Of a stretch of 64,000 bases of DNA, positions 53,670 through 64,000 are shown piece by piece. The notes under the pieces were generated by a model, which was not told the DNA's origin, made no database searches, and saw only the letters and a program-made list of their open reading frames with translations. This stretch comes from Octopus vulgaris (Eukaryota). The DNA lies in assembly GCA_951406725.2 (NCBI GenBank), contig OX597822.1:82832001-82896000 (forward strand). Direction: 5' to 3'. Position 1 is the stretch's first letter. Every line of letters begins with the position of its first letter. The translations under genes and the position numbers were made by a program.

Positions 53670-55864
53670 GTAGGAGTTAGTGGTTAGTCAAATAATTTTG
53701 CAATAAGTCTTGCAATAGTCAAAATTTGCTGAACCATTCAACTGATGATAGTAAAAGGAAAATAAAAATGAGAAAATTCCAAGGAAGATTAGGAAAAAAA
53801 AATGTTTCTAATACATTTTAAAATGTTTTCATGTTATGAATAATTGCACTGTTGATTGCAGCTAAATGTCTGGGTCAAATTGAAACCATTTTTATATATA
53901 AACACTTTGTATTATAAATATATATTTCTATAAATTCCGAGATTTTTATAAATTCTTTATTCTTTGCATACTTCTTACATATTCACTAGGCATTAAAGTT
54001 GAAAACTGACGTTTCTGTTTCTAATGTAATATTAAAAAAAAAAAAAAAAGGTTTCTTTCTAATGCATCTAATATCCAATTCTTCAAACATTTGAAACTAT
54101 TTCTCCATTTAATAGCATTTCTTGGATAATTTGATATTTAATAATTTTGCCATAATTCTGCTCTGTCTTCAAGTATTGCTTCTTAATTGTTTCTGTGGAT
54201 CAACTCTTGAAAAGTTTTTTTTCTACGATAGTTTGTTTGAAAATACTATCACCTCTTTAAATACAGAAAGAGAGCTAAAGAAGAGAGAAAGGAGTAGAGA
54301 GAAAACAAAGAGGGTCAGGAAAGAGAAGTTGAAGAGTGAGTGGCAATTTTAAGGTTATTAAAACAAAGATTTTCTTACATTGTATCAAAGATGTCGATGT
54401 AGTCCAGTGATATAAGTTGTTGGGTTCCCAGGCACAACAAAGCACATTTCAAATCCTAGATTTTAGCTAAGGTTTAGTTTTGCTTATTTTTCTGCAGAAG
54501 TGCCTTTTCAAATATTTACCTAAGTCCTTGACTTAATTTTTTAAAGCCACCACTTTTTGAGGTGTGTTATTGTAAGGCCTCTTGAGAAATTATAAGACAT
54601 CTGACCTGTCTCTGAAATTTGGTCACTGGTCTGAATTTGACACTTGGTCAATGTGATGAGAAAGGCACTTTTTTGTTTCCTTGTATAAATAACATCAATA
54701 TGTTAGTGAGATGATTAGGTGATTAGCACGATAATAATTGTCTGTAGATGTGTGATAAAAATTAATCTATAGTTGATAGCCTGTAGACAGAAATAAGGAA
54801 ACTCCCTACCCGCCTAGTAATGTAAGAATTTTACTTATTAACTGTAAAAAGACATAAATGACTAAGATAAAGATAACACAAAGGAGTTGTGGAACATTCA
54901 ACTTGGTTCTATTTATATAACCCGTATCTGAAACTGTTACTGTTGGTCTTGCTGTGTGTAAATTGTCTGTTATTCCTGATACTATTTAAAATGTGTTCCA
55001 ATCAAGAACTTGTCTGAGTTGTACTGAAATATTTGCTATAATATTCAATGGTACAAGTTGTTACAAGTACATGTGTTACTCCTCTGGATTATCATTGTTC
55101 TCTCTTTATTTTTAAGGGGAGCATTAGTTAAAGGTTTTGTTCTTAGGTGAGGTCTGCCTGTCCTCTGCACTTGGCAGTATAGCTGTAGTTATGTCCCCTT
55201 GCCTGTAAAATGGAATGTTTGTTTAAAAAAAAAACTTTTGAACTTTTTAAGTCTATGAAGACTTTCTTCATGTTTTTAAATGGCAACTGGAAAAAATTTT
55301 TTAAAAAAGATATTAAAAAAAAGCAGAGAAAATATGTTATACACTAAAAGAAAATACACTAGAATGTTATTTTTCTTAAGTAAATCACTAAACTCTCTCC
55401 TTCCCCTCTTCCTTATCTCCATCTTTTCTCTATTCCACTTAGTGAAATTGAAACTTCTACCTAGAGTTTTCACTCTTTAGCTTGTTATTTATCAGTGTTA
55501 AACAAACTCAGCTCTACTACCAATTGCAAAATTATATCAGTTCTGGAAAAAAAAAAAAAAAAAAAAAAAAATCAAAAGACAAAAAAAAAACAAAACAAAA
55601 AAAACAACAACAACAACATACAACACAAAACTAGAAACCTTGTCTAGTTATATTATCAGTTAATAAGTGAGCAGTTATTTGTTAACTACACCATTTAAAT
55701 TGTTCTTCTACGCTTAAAACAACTATTTTCATTATTTGGAGTTATTTGATATAAATTGTTTGTTTGGATTTACTTGCGTTGGTGCAGCTTCTTCAGCCTT
55801 CGTTTTTCTTTCCATTCAACTTACTGAATGCCTTCGTCTTTTATATCTACCGGTATTTTTCCAG

Positions 55865-55903
55865 AAAGTGTCCAATCCCGACAGTCTCACTCCAATGTGA
55901 ATG
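55865..55903 (+). CDS. Candidate 39-nt phase 1-1 microexon (ESVQSRQSHSNVN)
   Basis: Long AG-poor pyrimidine-rich stretch ending tatttttccAG, donor ATG|gtacgc. Frame preserving with no stop. Confidence 0.55.
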
Positions 55904-56054
55904 GTACGCTTCTCAGTCAGGCGACTGTTTTTTTTTTCTCATTTTATCTCCTGTGTATGTCTCCTCTATGTCATGTTGATATTTATATATTTCAATATAT
56001 ATATATATGTATTTGTATATACAACCAGGGGAAAAGTATTTTACCTGTGGGCTC

Positions 56055-56095
<41 letters not shown>

Positions 56096-57194
56096 CACCC
56101 ACACACACATCTGAAGGTGAAATTTCATGTTTATCTTATTCTTTAGGGGTGATATCATCGTCGATTTACTCTGTTCTTTTCCATATTGGTATGGGTAGGA
56201 CAGGTTATCCCTGTTGGTGCCATCTTGGTCACACAGCAACAAAGAAAACCAATGTTGTGTATGTTTGTCTTACATTGTGGACTGGGTGAAGTTTACTGTA
56301 TCACCAGCTCCATATAAGCAGGGATAAACCGTCCCTCCCCCCTACTCTGCAGCGATTGTTATTTGGATTGGAGTTGCTGCTCTCCTCAGAGGTTACTGAG
56401 ACCATATTAATATGTGGTCTACAGCTGGATGCCCTTCCTAGCACCAGTTCCCATGCTACCAATACTTAAGAAATTGTCTCATTCATGCAAAGAATTCTCT
56501 CTTTCTTGTATCAGTTTTTATCCGGCCTATGATTTGGCTTGCAGACTCCATGTCTCTTTTGTACATTCCACTTTGGCCAGTTTTTAATGTGTGTGTGTGT
56601 GTGTTGGTGTTTTATGTAACTGTTTATTTGCCATTTTGGTGCTGTATGTTGAAATATTGAAAGTTATAAGAATGGAAGAGAAGTAATCTTTTATGTTAAA
56701 GTTGGTTTTAGACCCACAGACAGTGTCACAAGTATCATGATGATGATCATCATCATCATCATCAATCCTTATTTCCCAGGTGGGGGTGGGTTGGATGGTT
56801 TGACCAGAGCTCTATGGCTAGATGCCCTTCCTAATGCCAACCACTTTACAGAGTTGACTGGGTGCTTTTTATGTGGCACCAGAACCAGTGCTTTACATGT
56901 GGCTCATAAATATCTTCTTTGTTGATTGAATATCTTGCTGTTGTATTGTTTCATAGTTTGGATAAAGGGGGTGGGGGTTGATAAAACTGCTGGCCATTAT
57001 CAGAGAAGGGTAGAAAGTTTGAGCATTGCTAATCATATTCTTTACACATCATTGGGTACTTGAATACCAATCACCAAGATATTTGTGTTAGGAAACACTT
57101 ATTATGTCCAAATTGGAATAACCTTTGATTAAATTATCTTTTTAAATTAATTCTTTCTTCCTCCATTTGCTCTAAATATCATTATATTTACACA

Positions 57195-57830
57195 TTAACC
57201 CTTTCGTTACTGTATTTATTTTGAGGTGCTCTGTGTTTCTTTCAATTACTTTAAATATAACAAAGAATTTAGTAAAATAACTTATTTATCATTCAGCTAG
57301 TGTGAAGGCGCATGGCTCAGTGGTTAGCTAGTGTGAAGGCGCATGGCTCAGTGGTTAGCTAGTGTGAAGGCGCATGGCTCAGTGGTTAGAGCGTCGAGCT
57401 TACGATTGTGAGGTTGTGAGCTCGAATCCCGGACCGGGCTGCGTGTTGTGTTCTCGAGCAAGGCACTTTATTTCACGTTGCTCCACTTCACTCAGCTGTA
57501 GAAATGAGTTGCGACGTCACAGGTGCCAAGCTGTATCGACCTTTGTCTTTCCCTTGGATAACACTGGTGGCGTGGAGAGGGGAGGCTGGTATGCATGGGC
57601 GACTGCTGGTCTTCCATAAACAACCTTGCCCGGACTTGTGTCTAGGAGGGTAACTTTCTAGGTGCAATCCCATGGTCATTCATGACCGAAGGGGGTCTTT
57701 ACCCTTAGTGTTAGGAACATAAATTATGACTAAGGTTTGGTGAAAGATTTTAATTCAAAACTTATGAAAACAAGACATTAGTACTCAGAACCAGAGCCGG
57801 TTTCAGCCGGGTTGGTAACAAAAGGGTTAA
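57195..57830. mobile_element. piggyBac-like MITE (family A) interrupted by the SINE
   Basis: TTAA-CCCTTTCGTTAC ... GTAACAAAAGGG-TTAA termini. Related copies at ~16400-16625, ~33390-33608, ~39400-39621 and ~51730-51975. Confidence 0.8.
57304..57705 (+). mobile_element. Young tRNA-derived SINE inserted in a MITE, TSD TAGTGT
   Basis: Head ggcgcatggctcagtggttagagcg...gctcgaatcccgg with A/B boxes, CpG-rich. TAGTGT at 57298-57303 and 57706-57711. Confidence 0.85.
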
Positions 57831-58699
57831 CCACAATAGAAATCATACAAAAGACATTGGTAAAAAAAATATCACTCCACATATACGCAAATATCTACAT
57901 CATATACATTCTGTTTTTATCTCCTATTTAATCCTTACTGCCCATTCTTATCATCATCACTTAATGTCCGTTTTCCATGCTGACACGGGCTCGATGGGTT
58001 GACAGAATACTCCAGAATATTCTTGTTTTCTGCACCATGAGGTATTCGTTCAGAATTAAGTAGTGAGAAAAATACATTTTGTTTTTCACTGTAACAGGTC
58101 CACGTTTTGAGATGTAAGAAAAGATTTATACAGGTTCAACTCCTTGATTGTTGTTGTATAATCTCATCAGTTTTATTTGAGCAGCTGCAGCTCTGTCTGT
58201 TGTTGTACAGGGGGAGCTGCAGCTAGGCAACTCACACTTTTGGGTCTTTATTTTAAAGACAATAGGGTCTGTCTGAGAGAAATTTGATACCTTTCTATTA
58301 TTGACAGCCACATATTTAATAAAGGGTTAATAAACGATTGTTTTCTTTTGTGAAAGAATTCTTTGTCCAAAACAAAATATTTTCACATTTTTGCCCTCCA
58401 TACACTTTTCTGGTAAATTTTTACTGGTGCCATTCTCCATGAAGTACTGGCAGCTATTCTGAAAGTTCGCCTATCAATTGTAACACCCATCTCATGAGTG
58501 TAATAGTTTATTTACTAATCCTTTAGCAAATAAACAAATTGGCTGTTGCTAATAGGAACCTACCTAGGTTTATTTCTTTGCCAAGATTAAATTGCTAATG
58601 AAATGATTATTTTGAAGTTTATGGGAGGGGACAGGCTCATTAAGGTGTTAACTATATTTAGGTATTATAGAATGAAAATAGAAGTTTTTTTTTCTTTAC

Positions 58700-58936
58700 A
58701 TAAAATGCACCAATCCGACCGTGGCCGTTGCCAGCCTTGCCTGGCACCTGTGCAGGTGGCACGTAAAAAGCACGCACTACACTCACGGAGTGGTTGGCAT
58801 TAGAAAGGGCATCAAGCTGTAGAAACATTGCCAGATAAGACTGGAGCCTAGTGCAGCCTCCTGGCTTCCCAGATCCCCGGTCGAACCGTCCAACCCATGC
58901 TAGCATGGAGAACGGACGTTAAACGATGATGATGAT
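58700..58936 (+). mobile_element. 3' part of a retroposon (family 3) with a (GAT)n tail
   Basis: gttggcattagaaagggcatc..aacccatgctagcatggagaacggacgttaaacgatgatgat. Antisense copies at ~17840-18000, ~38880-39000, ~44205-44400, ~51220-51415, ~56735-56900, ~59000-59175 and ~63050-63420. Confidence 0.8.
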
Positions 58937-61900
58937 AATTCTACAGGTGAAAAATGTCAACCATCTCAGTCAACTTAATAACCCATTAACTTGCTTAATT
59001 CACCATCATCATCACCATTTAATGTCTGTTTTCCATGTTGGCATGGAGTGGATAGTTCAACAGGAGCTGGCAAACAGAGAGAGAGCAACACCAGTCTCCA
59101 GTTGCCTGTTTTGGTATGGTTTCTATGGCTTGATGCCCTTCCTAACTTTACAGAGTCTCCTGGTGCTTTTTATAAATCTCAAGAAGAATGTGACTCTTAC
59201 CTTGGCATGAACTGAGGTACTAAACTAGGTTCTGTACAAATGACAAAAAAAGAGTTCCCTGTACCATTTATATCTGTGGTTCTGTATACCATGGCAGCCA
59301 GTGTTATTTGTGAAAGTATTAGTTTAAAAGCTGAGTCAAGAGAGAAGAGTTACAACCAGATGATATCTCTTAGCGATTTAAATGTACAATCTCAGTGGGT
59401 AAGGAGGCTACCCAGGAGTTACGACCTGGATGCAGCCTGACCCCCCTTAGAGTGTAAGAAGTGAAGGGCTGAAACACTTGTCCGAGATAGGTTTCTTCTC
59501 AGAAGACCTTCCGCTGTTTAGTTCTTTAGAGAGTTGCTTACCACTGTGCCAACTTGGTTCAAATGTTTTTTATTGAAAAATATCAATTAGTTTCCTAGTG
59601 TTGTCTTGGTTGATTGCATAGAAATCTGAAGGTTTTATTCTCAGGCAAGGTGATGCTTTAATTCCCCAATTTTTGTCAGAATCATTGGTGCATTGTTCTA
59701 GCGTGAATTCTTTTGGGTTCATCATTTCAGGGTTTGGCAAATTAAGGTACCAGTTACATACTGGGGTTCATCATATTGACTAATTCCCTCCCTTAAATTT
59801 CAGTCATTGTTTCTAAATGGCAATGAATGTTAGTATCAATATTATTCCTGTAAATATGGTGATGAACTAACAGAATCATTAGCACACCAGGTGAAATACT
59901 TAGCAGTATCTCATCTTTACGCTCTGAGTTCAAATCCTGTTGCGGTTGATTTTGCCTTTCATCCTTTTGGAGGGGTCAATAAAATAAGTTCCAGCCATTT
60001 ACTGGGGTTGATGTAATTGACGTAATTGACTTATCCCCCCACCCCCCAAATTGCTGGACTTGTGCCAAAATTTGAAACAAGTAATATTCTATAAATAGGT
60101 GATTGCTCATTGGAATAGTATCCAATTCCATTAACACTTAACATTTCATTATTTAATAGCGGTGCTTCCTAGATGCTCACAGAGATATAAATTAGTGTTG
60201 TTATTGAACTTTAAGGTCATCTCTGACTGAGCAGACATTCCAACCTTGACCATCTCATCTTCTAAGGCTCAGTGTAAATGGGGCTCTATATAAATATATC
60301 CATTATTTATTCTAAAGGTGATATTGTATAATTTAAGGGAGATTTGGCTGCTATTTCAAGCAGGCTAAGTGACCACGTAGCAGCACCCATGTTTGTTCCA
60401 TTGTAGAGTGTGCCAATTCTTTATTAAATTATAAAGAAAAATCTCAAAGGAATATTGGAATTTATTCTAATATCTTAAAATATTTCCTTCCTGAACAAAT
60501 AATAGGATATTTCATAAATTATATTTTGGAATGGTAATTTCTAATTACAAAGAATTGTTCTTCAGATCTATTTTTAATTTTTCAATTTCAATTCTTTACA
60601 ACAGTGACTACTTTATGCTTAGTTATTGCAATTATGTGTGTGTGTGTGAATATGGGTGTGCCTGTGTAAATGTATGTGTAAACCACATGTGTATATTTGT
60701 GTGTGTGTGTGTGTGTGTGCATTTTCAATGCTAACATGTCAAAAGTTCCTTTTTCCGTTTGTTTACCATACATTTTACCGTGTTAGTATGGATTGACCTG
60801 CGATTATTTGAAGCAGCATTATTTTTATGACCAAAAGCCCTTCATGTTGTCAACCCTCATCTGGTTTTTCAAGTAAAGAATTTTTTTTTTGTTCCACTGG
60901 TTGCTCTGAAAGTTCAGGATAACCATTTGTAACATCAACAAGAACCGTGACCATTGTATCACTGTATGACACCTGCTCTGACAAATGATGTCATAAAGTA
61001 TTGGTACTTGTGCACATATGAGCAGTCATATTTATGCGTGCGTGTGCACACACAATAGGATTTCATGCAGTTTCCATTTTCAATTGCTCACAAGGCGTTG
61101 ATTGATTTTGGCTTTAGTAGACATTTGTCCTAGGTGCCACATGGTAGGACTAAACTCGAAACCCTGTGGTTGTGAACCAAACTTCTTAACCACACAGGCA
61201 TTACTGTGTCTGATGTTTATTGAGAAGTTTTGAAACAAATCTTTCAGTTCTATGTCCTTTAAAATAAAACTGGATCTCTTCCTGTCAAGTGTCCCAGATG
61301 AACCAACTTCACGGCAGGAGGTGCAGATGAGGGCAGTTGCATCGAACTCTCTCATGCACCAAATGGCAGTTGCTAAAAAGCATTTGTGGAGTAAAATCAT
61401 GTAGCAACACCAAATGGCAGTGCCCCAGCATGGCCACAGCTCGTGAGCTGAAACTAGATAAAATAAAATAAAATAAAATAAATTTATTCCAATAAACACT
61501 CAACCATGGAAGAAAAGAGAAACATTGTCTGTCAAGTTGATTTAAGCAGACAGTTTTGTTTCATTATGTTCCTTGTACATGTGGCAGCATTCTCCTGGGA
61601 TGGCCTGAGCTGGCTCTGGCCAAACAGGTTCACTATGTCCCTCGCAATTGCTGACTACATCCGACTGTAATGCTTCTGTATGCAGCCCCTAAATCCACCT
61701 TGCAGATTTAACAAATGCCTCACTGGGAGAGCAAGCATGTCAGATAGTTCAGATGCTGTAGTCATAGGTGTCATTCGGTGTTGATGTGTAGAGTTCATGT
61801 TTGGGGTTTCAGTGGGAATACAAGCTCACATGCGGTCCCTGAGATAATGTGGTCTGTAGCAGCTCATTTTGCTGGCTGTCCCAGCGGATTTGCTGACCGA

Positions 61901-62706
61901 GTCATCGCTGATTATCAGAGCAGACATGGGTTTGAAGCAGGTGGTACACTTACTTATTAATTAACCCATAGCTGGGCCCCTACTACTCCAGGCCAGAGTG
62001 AACCTGGGAGCAACAGTAGCTAAGAGGTGGTTCCACACTCCTCCAAAACACTGGAACTCCTGTACCAAAGTTCCATTACCTGATGCAATTTAAAGTGTTA
62101 TTCTGGAACAGATTGTGTTCCTTGCAGAAGGCTAACTTAAAAATCTCATTTGTATTTCTCTGTCGAAACAGAGAACATATTTTGCTGTACCAATACTGGG
62201 CTGTTGTTATATTTCATCAGACTGGCCAAACCGAACAGTTGTGATGTTGGCTCCACAGCCGGTGAATTGGAGAAGTGGTTGAACATAGGATAACAAATTA
62301 TCCTGTGATATTTCGATCCAGAGTTCAATTCCCATCAAGGTACACATCACACTTCATCCTTCTGAAGTTAATAAAAAAAAATAATGAGGTTAAAGTAACT
62401 GACGAGACCCTATTAGGTGGTACCCCACCGTGGTTGTGGTCCCTTATCTGAAACCAGTAAAAGAGTAAAAATAACTCAGTTAAATGGTTTCAAGTTGGAA
62501 TGAAAATCAAATCAAAGATTTAAGTTTCTAAACTGAATCAGCAAAGGAAGATGGTGATTGGTTCTGGTGTTGGAGGGTGGGGTGGTGGTTGGTGTTAGGG
62601 GTGGTTGGTGTTGAGGGGGGAAAACATAGGTTTAAGTTGGTTTGTCTAGAATATTCGTTTGATGTAATCACCCACCAAAATCTGTTTTTAACTCTGTTCT
62701 CTTCAG

Positions 62707-62818
62707 GTATGCCTCGAACAGGAATCTCACCTGGAATGCCGCCTCCTGGCATGCAGGGGCCTCTGGATCGGAAGCGGGCAGCGAATGAAGCAAGAGCACC
62801 TCAGCAAATCTCTAAACC
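62707..62818 (+). CDS. SMARCD1: SMARCD/BAF60-family coding exon (GMPRTGISPGMPPPGMQGPLDRKRAANEARAPQQISKP), phase 1->2
   Basis: Acceptor ctgttctcttcAG, donor gtaagt, 112 nt. The 'RKRA' basic motif sits before the KKKK block as in SMARCD proteins. In frame with the next exon. Confidence 0.92.
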
Positions 62819-63189
62819 GTAAGTTTCTGGAGAGTCTCAAAAAGTTTCCATCTTAGTTGTGTAGATTTAGGGACGTTTTATTTGTGAAATTTTTTTTTCA
62901 TTTGCATTGAATTAATTAATAAAACCAAAAATTAAATGACCATATTTTTTATGAAGGAGGACACAGGCTTCTTAGACTTGTAGGAGTGGGGTGTGTGTGT
63001 GATATGGTTGTGGAACCCATCTTCCACTGTTGCTGCAATAAGAACATAATCATCATCATCATCATCGTTTAACATCTGCTTTCCATGCTAGCATGGGTTG
63101 GATGGTTTGGCTGGGGACAGGCTCCAATCTGATCTGGCAAAGTTTCTACAGCTGGATGCTCTTCCTAATGCCAACCACTCTGAGAGTGT

Positions 63190-63420
63190 AGTGGATGCTT
63201 TTTATGTGCCACCAGCACAAGGGCCGGTCAGGCAATACTGGCATGGATCACACATGAATGGAGCTTTTTATGTGCCACCGACCCAGGAAGCAGTCAGGTG
63301 GCACTGGCAATGACCACGCTTGAATGGTGCTTTTACATACCACTGGCACGAAGGCCAGTCAGGCGGTACTGGCATCGACCAGGCTTGAATGGTGCTTTTT
63401 ACGTGCTACCAGCACAGGAG
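63190..63420. repeat. ~65-bp minisatellite, ~3.5 copies, inside a family-3 retroposon
   Basis: Repeated tggtgcttttta(c/t)gtgccacc..cagtcaggc..actggca..gacca.gcttgaa. Confidence 0.8.
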
Positions 63421-63580
63421 CAAGTTTAACATCTTGTATTCTATGATTGTTTAACACATTTCTGCTTTTAAGATTATTTGCTGCTTAACCTTATAACTTC
63501 TTAAACTCTTGAGAAATCATTGAACATTATTTTTTTCTTTCTCTCTTTTTCCCTTCTCTTGTGATGGCTTTTGAAACCAG

Positions 63581-63623
63581 TAAAAAGAAAAAGAAGATAG
63601 CAGATAAAATTCTACCTCAGAAA
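63581..63623 (+). CDS. SMARCD1: SMARCD/BAF60-family coding exon (PKKKKKIADKILPQK), phase 2->0
   Basis: Pyrimidine tract + ccAG, donor AAA|gtaagt, 43 nt. The peptide matches the conserved SMARCD motif KKKKMADKILPQR. Confidence 0.95.
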
Positions 63624-63989
63624 GTAAGTTCTGTTTGACATACTCCATCAATATTTTTGTTTATTATGGAAAGTTAGTATCAAAAAAAAAATTTTTTTTT
63701 GAAGAAATTTCTTCAACCTTTTTCTGATTTATTTTTTTCTTTTTTAAATTTCATAGAAACAAAATAACTGAATTCTTAGGAACTAACGAAGGACGTATTT
63801 TCATTAAATGTTTTAGATGTTGAAAGTAAACTTACATCCATTCTGGAGGATTGTGTATGAAAATACAAATGCAATTAGTTTTAAAATAAACCCTACAAAA
63901 TTACTAAAATTGATTCCACTTGACTTTTTCCTTTCCAACAATTGGCTTTTGTTTCTGCTCAGAAAGAAATTACTTTTGTTACTTTTCAG

Positions 63990-64000
63990 GTTCGTGATTT
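63990..64000 (+). CDS. SMARCD1: Start of next SMARCD exon (VRD[L]...), truncated by the window end
   Basis: Acceptor tacttttcAG then GTT CGT GAT TT. Continues the family motif ...ILPQR-IRELVPESQAY. Confidence 0.88.

Noticed and set aside
57295-57387. 31-bp repeats resembling a CRISPR array
   Set aside because: No spacers, eukaryotic context and no cas genes; a tandem duplication of a SINE junction.
57368-57440. Functional tRNA gene
   Set aside because: Continues into a SINE body with a TSD and has no convincing acceptor stem; the same applies to the heads at 17108, 23575 and 28296.

Overview
AT-rich, microsatellite- and repeat-dense eukaryotic DNA. The SINE repertoire and gene structure look like an octopus (coleoid cephalopod) genome; this is an inference from recalled repeat families. 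The window holds the 5' part of a + strand SWI/SNF (BAF) subunit gene of the SMARCD/BAF60/Bap60 family. Phase-consistent exons at 25873-25981, 62707-62818, 63581-63623 and 63990->end encode a Gly/Pro-rich N-terminus followed by 'KKKKKIADKILPQK|VRD'. Nearly all ORFs in the supplied track are spurious. The main points of interest are: (1) four frame-preserving phase 1-1 candidate mini/micro-exons (78, 33, 30 and 39 nt) inside the ~36.7 kb intron, plus further candidate exons upstream; (2) a small insertion at ~17.0-17.3 kb combining a tRNA-like Pol III head, a minimal hammerhead ribozyme, an inverted duplicate of its own tail and a 12-bp target-site duplication; (3) one more, and possibly a third, hammerhead-bearing Penelope-like remnant at 29.3-30.6 kb; (4) a decayed 5.8S rRNA copy abutting a SINE; (5) several inverted repeat pairs that could form dsRNA in the pre-mRNA. 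No prokaryotic-type system (CRISPR etc.) is present. All calls were made by eye, and repeat boundaries are approximate.
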